This document shows positions 58,172 to 64,000 of a stretch of 64,000 nucleotides of DNA, piece by piece. How positions within the stretch are numbered: position 1 is the stretch's first letter; every line of letters starts with the position of its first letter. The notes beneath the pieces are model-generated. The model searched no databases. It was not told the origin of the DNA and worked only from the letters and a program-made list of their open reading frames with translations. Location: the NCBI GenBank assembly GCA_001820875.1, contig MHRF01000013.1, positions 73,992-137,991 on the forward strand, written 5' to 3'. A program made the position numbers and the translations under genes. Origin of the DNA: Candidatus Taylorbacteria bacterium RIFCSPHIGHO2_01_FULL_46_22b. Lineage in GTDB: Bacteria > Patescibacteriota > Minisyncoccia > Phycocordibacterales > DSPV01.

Positions 58172-58378
58172 TTATTTCTGCTTAAATTCAATAATATCTC
58201 CCGGTTGGCAATCCAGCGCTTTGCAAATCGCCTCCAAGGTCGAAAATCGAACCGCTCTCGCTTTTCCATTTTTCAATATGGAAATATTGGCCATCGTGAT
58301 CCCCACCTTCTCGGTGAGTTCCGTGACACTCATTTTTCTCTTAGCGAGCATTATGTCGATGTTGATGATAATTGACAT
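58172..58378 (-). CDS. XRE/Cro HTH regulator (YozG-like)
   Basis: ANISILKNGKARAVRFSTLEAICKALDCQPGDI. Confidence 0.92.
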   Translation of the reverse strand: MSIIINIDIMLAKRKMSVTELTEKVGITMANISILKNGKARAVRFSTLEAICKALDCQPGDIIEFKQK

Positions 58379-58398
58379 GAGGGTTTTTAGACATACTC

Positions 58399-58860
58399 TT
58401 ATACTGTGAGGTCATTTTCGGATTTAATATCAATAGCATTTTGCAAAAGCTTCTGTAGGACTGCAGCAAAAACACTGGTGATCAAGGGCGCAAAGATAAA
58501 GATGAGTCCAAACAGTACAGCACCAGGGGCGTCATCTTTATCGGCAACATAAATTATATAGGGCATTCCCGCGGCATAGAGCATGCTAATCGTAAATGCG
58601 TAGTACTTAATATTTTGTATGGCCTTTACCGAAAGCTCCGAAAATGCGGTACCCTTGTCGATGTAATTCAAAAGCAGAATACCCTGATAGAGTCCGATGA
58701 AAAAAGGTATGGCCGCTGCACTCATAACAAGTAAAACAGGAAAATACATTCCTGCATTTCCCGAGATCATCACTCCTGCAATGATCACACACAGCCCAAG
58801 CACAGCGAGCCCGATCAGATAAATTACTACTTTCAAGAAAAGTGTCGACCCCTGTTTCAT
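58399..58860 (-). CDS. DUF2975 (YoaS-like) membrane protein
   Basis: MKQGSTLFLK, DDAPG, AIDIKSENDLTV. Confidence 0.88.
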   Translation of the reverse strand: MKQGSTLFLKVVIYLIGLAVLGLCVIIAGVMISGNAGMYFPVLLVMSAAAIPFFIGLYQGILLLNYIDKGTAFSELSVKAIQNIKYYAFTISMLYAAGMPYIIYVADKDDAPGAVLFGLIFIFAPLITSVFAAVLQKLLQNAIDIKSENDLTV

Positions 58861-59206
58861 AGATATAAGCTTAATCTTGTATTTATCGTTTGTCAATAAA
58901 TACCTGCTCGTCCTACAGGTGCCCTTTTAAGCGAGCAGGTTTTTATTTTGAGAACTCCTCCGTTCTCAACGCGCCAAACGTCCTAGAGGGGCGCTGCTCT
59001 CCGCTACGGGAAAAGTCCCTTTTTCCCGACCCCTTTCCCCATCCCACATTCATACCCGCGGCAAGCCGTCGGGGTGCTCTGCGGGATGAATATATTATTA
59101 TCGTTTATGGGGATATCTAAACGTAAATACCCTTTTGTGGAGTCTGACCCCAATTCCTTGAACTTTTTGACTTCGGTTTCGATACTCCTCGGAATGTGTA
59201 GGAAGC

Positions 59207-59827
59207 TCACAAAATTACGTTCTCTAGTTCCTGCACATTATCAACAATGTAATCCGGATTTCCTGCTCTCAATTTCAACTTACTGGTAAAACCCCAAGTA
59301 ACAGCAATACTTTTAATTCCTACTTTCTTGGCAACATCTATCTCATGATTACTATCTCCAACAAAAAATGTATCTTGCAGATTTAAATTGTATTCTTTAA
59401 TTATTTTCTGAACGGGTTCCAATTTATCATTTGCATCTGTGATAATTTCACTAAAAATATTTTCCAGCCCATACTCTTTTACCTCAGGAAGTAATGTCTC
59501 GGGAAAATCGGAACTTACGACGGAAAGAAAATAACCTTTGTCTTTAGATTTGTGTATGAGTTTTACCACTTCAGAAAATACGGCTACTTTGGGACAGTCT
59601 TTGTCTAATTGTAATTCCTGAAATAGCTTTGACCGCTCCTCTTCGTTATAACCTTCTGGTAAATATTTTTGATAAAAAAGAGCAGGTGGCTGTCTCCAAT
59701 CTTCTCTGAATTCTTCCAAGGTTATTTCTGTAACTCCATATCTTTTGAATATCCTATTAACAATCCATAGCTGACAAGTTAAAGTGTCTCTTACGACACC
59801 GGACCAATCAAAGATAATATTTTTCAT
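59207..59827 (-). CDS. HAD-family hydrolase
   Basis: IIFDWSGV, VGDS, AVTWGF. Confidence 0.88.
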   Translation of the reverse strand: MKNIIFDWSGVVRDTLTCQLWIVNRIFKRYGVTEITLEEFREDWRQPPALFYQKYLPEGYNEEERSKLFQELQLDKDCPKVAVFSEVVKLIHKSKDKGYFLSVVSSDFPETLLPEVKEYGLENIFSEIITDANDKLEPVQKIIKEYNLNLQDTFFVGDSNHEIDVAKKVGIKSIAVTWGFTSKLKLRAGNPDYIVDNVQELENVIL

Positions 59828-59921
59828 CTTGGATATATTTACCCTTAGAGGGTTAATTTTTTCTATGTCGTAGCAATGCCTCTAAATATGACACTTGTCA
59901 GAGTCCGAACCTATCTCAAAC

Positions 59922-59995
59922 TGGCTGCGGGTCAGGGACTCGAACCCCAATAACTTCCTTCAAAGGGAAGTGTCCTACCATTAGACGAACCCGCA
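59922..59995 (-). tRNA. tRNA-Gln(TTG), CCA encoded
   Basis: TGCGGGT/ACCCGCA acceptor; CTTCC-CTTTGAA-GGAAG anticodon arm; GGTTCGA T-arm. Confidence 0.95.
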
Positions 59996-60231
59996 ATGTT
60001 TCACTTGGGACTTGGATTTTCTAAGGTTTTTGAACCAACCTAAAAAATCAGTCGCCCGCAATATTTATCGTGTATTCCTCTGCTATTCTCTGCTCACTAT
60101 TCGCTCTTCTTTACTACAAGATATAGCTTACTGGTCTCTCACAAAATTTGCAAAGCACACTTGCAATTTCCCTAACGAGTCGTAACATCAAACACGGAAC
60201 AACGAGAACCTCAAACACATGGAGACCTCAT

Positions 60232-61290
60232 ATGGCTATTTACAAACACAACGGCTCAATAGTTGTGCTGAATGCCGGCAGATGTTTGACCAACTTAACC
60301 GTCAACACCCTGACGATTGAGAACACCAACTTGAAAACTGAAGGTATCCTTGCCTACAGGGAATTCGGGACACCGCATGAAATTAGGTGGCAAGCGGCCA
60401 CCGAAGTCATTGGCGGCGAGATCGGACAATGGCGCCTGCGTAAACAAAACGGCGAAATGATTGCTTCAGGTCCGACCAACACGGCACTAGAAGGATTCAT
60501 CACGGGCATCCTTAATACGCTAGCCCGTGAACATCCTCAAGTGGTAACAAAATCGGCTTCCTCGGAAACAAATGGATCAAAGGAACCCGCGCTGACACCT
60601 GAACCACCGCCAGACACTAGCTTCCCAAAGAACTGGGCAGGAAGAGCGATCCCAAACATTCCAACTCGTCGCAAATACAAACCAAGGACGAAAGAAGGGC
60701 ACTCTGCCACTGGAAAGCGAAAAGAAAACTGTGCAGAAACCGAATCTGATGACTCCCCTCCCCGACGGAATCCGTTCGACGAAGCAACGGAGTCGGTACA
60801 GGCACATCACTATTCAGGATCGGCGGCTAGGGATGCTCTCCCAAAACACAACCCCCCATCGACAAATCATGAGGAGGAGGTTGAGGAAGAAGTGGAGCGC
60901 CCGAATAAACATCGGAAATCTCACGCGGCAGACGAAGGGACAGCACCGGCACGAGCATTACAGTATCAAGGACCAAAAGTTACATACCAAGGTTCATGTG
61001 TCTGTGAACAAGTTGCAGAAAGCAGTTCCCGAACACCCTTCGATTGGCACGCGCTCACCGAAGGAAAATTTCCCGCCCGATGTTTCGAGTGCAGCTGTGG
61101 CCGACATTGGTGGCAAAATTGGCCGAACGAAGTCTTTTGGGTGGAAGTTTTGGATGAAGACGCGTGGATTCTGTTGACGCAATACAGCGGTGTACTCGTC
61201 ACCTCGATGGCTCACACACCTGATGGAGTGTACTTGCTTGAAACTCTGCTCCGTACAGGAGACGACAATTACACTGTACAGAGACCGTAA
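60232..61290 (+). CDS. Hypothetical protein (disordered middle, Cys-rich C-terminus)
   Basis: GGAG RBS; CVCE...CFECSCG. Confidence 0.65.
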   Translation: MAIYKHNGSIVVLNAGRCLTNLTVNTLTIENTNLKTEGILAYREFGTPHEIRWQAATEVIGGEIGQWRLRKQNGEMIASGPTNTALEGFITGILNTLAREHPQVVTKSASSETNGSKEPALTPEPPPDTSFPKNWAGRAIPNIPTRRKYKPRTKEGHSATGKRKENCAETESDDSPPRRNPFDEATESVQAHHYSGSAARDALPKHNPPSTNHEEEVEEEVERPNKHRKSHAADEGTAPARALQYQGPKVTYQGSCVCEQVAESSSRTPFDWHALTEGKFPARCFECSCGRHWWQNWPNEVFWVEVLDEDAWILLTQYSGVLVTSMAHTPDGVYLLETLLRTGDDNYTVQRP

Positions 61291-61294
61291 CACT

Positions 61295-61326
61295 AGGCCG
61301 CCCGCGCACATGCGCGAGGCGGCCTC
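61295..61326 (+). terminator. Terminator hairpin, identical to 61768-61799
   Basis: AGGCCGCCCGCGCACATGCGCGAGGCGGCCTC. Confidence 0.8.
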
Positions 61327-61409
61327 GAATTTTTATTCAGCAAAGTACACTTGCAATTTCTCTCACGACCCGTAGCATCATGATCAGAACGACAAGAACC
61401 CCTGATCCA

Positions 61410-61760
61410 ATGAATCTCATGAAACAAATATTCGAATACCTTAATCCTCCCATCCTGCTTATCACCGGCGTCACACTACGCAAGGTGTTCGTAGAAGACA
61501 TCCTGCAATCAAACGGATTTCTGATTGCGAACGGGTCGCTTGCAATCACCGACTTTGGCCAAACATACTCGTACACATGGACTGCACAGATATCAATCAA
61601 CGGGTTCAAGGGAGATGACTGGTGGACCATCACACGGACTAAAGGGGGAAAACTCTCCAGTGATCCCGCCGCATCTAGTAAGTTAGCCGAGAAGATGAGC
61701 AAGACACTGAATCCACTCGCACTCAAGAAATTCCCCATCGAACTTGAAGGGATTGATTAG
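61410..61760 (+). CDS. Hypothetical protein
   Basis: ORF between the duplicated promoter (61340-61380) and the duplicated terminator. Start uncertain (61380, 61410 or 61419). Confidence 0.6.
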   Translation: MNLMKQIFEYLNPPILLITGVTLRKVFVEDILQSNGFLIANGSLAITDFGQTYSYTWTAQISINGFKGDDWWTITRTKGGKLSSDPAASSKLAEKMSKTLNPLALKKFPIELEGID

Positions 61761-61767
61761 CATTTCG

Positions 61768-61799
61768 AGGCCGCCCGCGCACATGCGCGAGGCGGCCTC
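61768..61799 (+). terminator. Terminator hairpin, identical to 61295-61326
   Basis: 32-bp exact repeat. Confidence 0.8.
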
Positions 61800-61822
61800 A
61801 ACTTTTCTATCAAAAGACTCGT

Positions 61823-63118
61823 CTAAGAATACACAGCTCGAATTCGTTTGAGCGCCACGAGATATGCCGCCTCGCGCAAAGACACTTTTTGTTTTACGGA
61901 TTCCTCATATACCGCTTCAGTCGCAAATTCCATTTTCTTCTGTAATTTGTTAAATACTTCTTTTTTGCTCCACTTTTCACTTTGCATATTCTGTTCCCAC
62001 TCAAAGTAACTGACCGCAACCCCACCTGAATTTGCGAGTATGTCGGGAATCACCGTAACTCCTTGCTTGCTAAGCATCTCATCTGCCTCTTGCGTCAGTG
62101 GACCGTTCGCCATCTCAAGTATAATTTTCGCCTGAACTTTTGGCGCATTTTCTTTCGTAATCGCATTTTCAAGCGCCGCGGGAACTACGATATCAACTGG
62201 GAGCGTCAAAACTTCGTCGCTCGTAATCGTCTTTCCTTTTACTTTTTTCTGATTTGAAATGTCGCAAACCGAACCCACGCAATAACATCCAGCCAGCATC
62301 CCACTTTTTTCCTTACATCGCTCAACTTCATCAATACTCGAGATTCCTTCGGGAACATACATACCTCCTTTTGAATCGGAAAGTGCAACAATCTTGCATC
62401 CCATATCAAAAAGATACCGCGCCAAGAAACTCCCAACATTGCCAAACCCCTGAATCGCAACTGTCATGCCTTTGGGATTCTTCTTTAATTTCTTCAATAT
62501 GACTGCGAGAGCATAACTGCCTCCAAGACCTGTCGCTTCTGTGCGGCCTTCCGATCCTCCATCTTCAATTGCTTTCCCCGTAATAACTGCGGGAGTCTTA
62601 TTCCCCACATATACTGCATACTCCTCCGCAATCCACTTCATAATCTGTGAGTTGGTATTCACATCAGGTGCAGGCACATCAAGTGTCGGGCCAATAACCG
62701 GAGAGATCTTCCTTCCGAATTCTCGGGTCAGTCGTTCAAGTTCTCCTGCCGAAAACTCCTTCGGATCAACGATTACCCCTCCCTTCCCTCCGCCAAACGG
62801 AACATCAATCACGGCATTCTTCATCGTCATCCAAAATGAAAGTGCTTTTACTTCGTCAGTATCTACTTGAGAATGGTAACGAAGCCCTCCTTTATAGGGA
62901 CCACGAAGATTGTTGTGTTGCACACGCATTCCTTCAAAGGTTCTAATCGTCCCGTCATCCATTTTCACCGGAATCGAAACCGAAATCACCCGATCGGGAC
63001 TTGAAAGTCGAGCGAGGAGCAGAGGATCAAGCGCGAGCTTTTCTGCCGCTTTGTGCAACTGCCCCTGCGCCCTCTGCCACGGGTTATTGCTAGCAATCTG
63101 CTTATGTAAATCGTTCAT
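61823..63118 (-). CDS. gdhA: Glu/Leu/Phe/Val dehydrogenase (glutamate dehydrogenase)
   Basis: GPYKGGLRY, GGGKGG, VPAPDV, QGFGNVG, EMANGP, SYFEW. Confidence 0.92.
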   Translation of the reverse strand: MNDLHKQIASNNPWQRAQGQLHKAAEKLALDPLLLARLSSPDRVISVSIPVKMDDGTIRTFEGMRVQHNNLRGPYKGGLRYHSQVDTDEVKALSFWMTMKNAVIDVPFGGGKGGVIVDPKEFSAGELERLTREFGRKISPVIGPTLDVPAPDVNTNSQIMKWIAEEYAVYVGNKTPAVITGKAIEDGGSEGRTEATGLGGSYALAVILKKLKKNPKGMTVAIQGFGNVGSFLARYLFDMGCKIVALSDSKGGMYVPEGISSIDEVERCKEKSGMLAGCYCVGSVCDISNQKKVKGKTITSDEVLTLPVDIVVPAALENAITKENAPKVQAKIILEMANGPLTQEADEMLSKQGVTVIPDILANSGGVAVSYFEWEQNMQSEKWSKKEVFNKLQKKMEFATEAVYEESVKQKVSLREAAYLVALKRIRAVYS

Positions 63119-63211
63119 AGAGGAAAATAGTATATCACCCCTTCACCATTTTGTTCCAAAAGAAAAGGCGGGTCCGAGAAAACGGAACCCGCCCTGCTTG
63201 CGATGCACAAA

Positions 63212-64000
63212 TCAAGAAACGACCCTTTTTTGCGCATCTCTGATTTTCTTTGCCAGTTTGACCAACCCTTTGGCAGCTTCCTCAAGCTGTTTGCACATAT
63301 CCGTCACTTCACGAGGAGGCCGGTTCTGCGCCAAACTGTCGAAGACATTTTCTGGAAACCCATTCGCGACGAGTGTGTCGGCAGTAATACGAGGAACAAG
63401 TCTCTCGATCTGCTCACGAACATCAGAAGGTTTGCGTGGCCTTCCGCGTGAGCGATCCGGCACCAACTCGTTGACTACTTCTTTCAGCTTCAATAATCGA
63501 AGCTTGGGTCCAGCAAACTCAAGTGCTTTCCTGTACTGCTCCTCCTGCTGTTCAGGAGGCAACATGGCAAGTTGCTGTCCCATTTGGAACGTTAACCGTT
63601 GCCCACGAGGGAGAGTTGGGTCAAGCAATGCTCGAAGAGGAAGGACGAGTTTGACCAAGCTCATGTGTGAGTAAACCCATGCGTCTGATTTACCCGCACA
63701 AAGCTTTTGGAGTTCAACGACACTTGCACCCCCTTCCTTCTCCTTCACAAGTCCCAGAGCAATGTCCAAGTGAGACATTGACTCACGTCCAACATTCTCT
63801 GCAAATGACTTGCGGTGCTGAACGCGGCTGTTAGGAATTTCTTCCCTGCTTCTGACAATTGCATCAAGGTACGGCAATCCAACTAGTTGGGCGGCACGCC
63901 ATCGACGTTCACCTCCAATCAACTCGTGGTCGTGATCGGGATCTCCCTCGATCTTGATCACTTCCACCGGAACACGCTGTCCCTCTTGCCGCATACTCTC
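63212..64000 (-). CDS. ParB/Srx-domain protein, probably extending beyond the window
   Basis: GQRVPV...LIGGERRWRAAQLVG...ENVGRE; the frame stays open to the window edge. Confidence 0.8.
   Translation of the reverse strand, partial: ESMRQEGQRVPVEVIKIEGDPDHDHELIGGERRWRAAQLVGLPYLDAIVRSREEIPNSRVQHRKSFAENVGRESMSHLDIALGLVKEKEGGASVVELQKLCAGKSDAWVYSHMSLVKLVLPLRALLDPTLPRGQRLTFQMGQQLAMLPPEQQEEQYRKALEFAGPKLRLLKLKEVVNELVPDRSRGRPRKPSDVREQIERLVPRITADTLVANGFPENVFDSLAQNRPPREVTDMCKQLEEAAKGLVKLAKKIRDAQKRVVS

Noticed and set aside
58901-59206. Several short palindromes (e.g. ACCTGCTCG..CGAGCAGGT, CCCGCGGCAAGCCG; a similar one near 31218-31242)
   Set aside because: They are probably further REP-like hairpins, but too degenerate to define boundaries or a family by eye.
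63212-64000. ParB-like gene as evidence of a plasmid or prophage
   Set aside because: It is truncated by the window edge, with no parA, rep, integrase or phage genes in view.

Overview
Bacterial DNA, most likely from a Patescibacteria/CPR (Parcubacteria-like) genome. This is an inference from the gene content and the dense, overlapping minus-strand operons. The first 24.4 kb holds an unusual array. One stand-alone ATP-grasp gene of the PEP-synthase/PPDK N-terminal type (23420-24370) is followed by at least 15 co-oriented paralogues, and the array runs off the left edge of the window. Each paralogue has a highly divergent N-terminal domain of about 250-400 aa and a conserved C-terminal phospho-histidine swivel domain (GGxx[SCA]HA[AS]). 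No PEP/pyruvate-binding barrel domain is present. The layout resembles a split, multi-subunit dikinase of the rifampin-phosphotransferase or phenylphosphate-synthase type, with one shared ATP module and many substrate modules. Two divergently transcribed phosphatase genes (SixA-like and LMW-PTP-like) divide the array into three blocks, and one member is fused to a HIGH nucleotidyltransferase. The remainder carries four tRNAs, ddl, pyrD, an ECF sigma factor, Fur/ZIP, lemA/TPM, an ABC-F ATPase, a csoR-copA copper cluster, an M23 peptidase, gdhA and a ParB-like gene. It also has several self-contained orphan gene cassettes and a family of nested palindromic intergenic repeats. I saw no CRISPR array, integrase or transposase.
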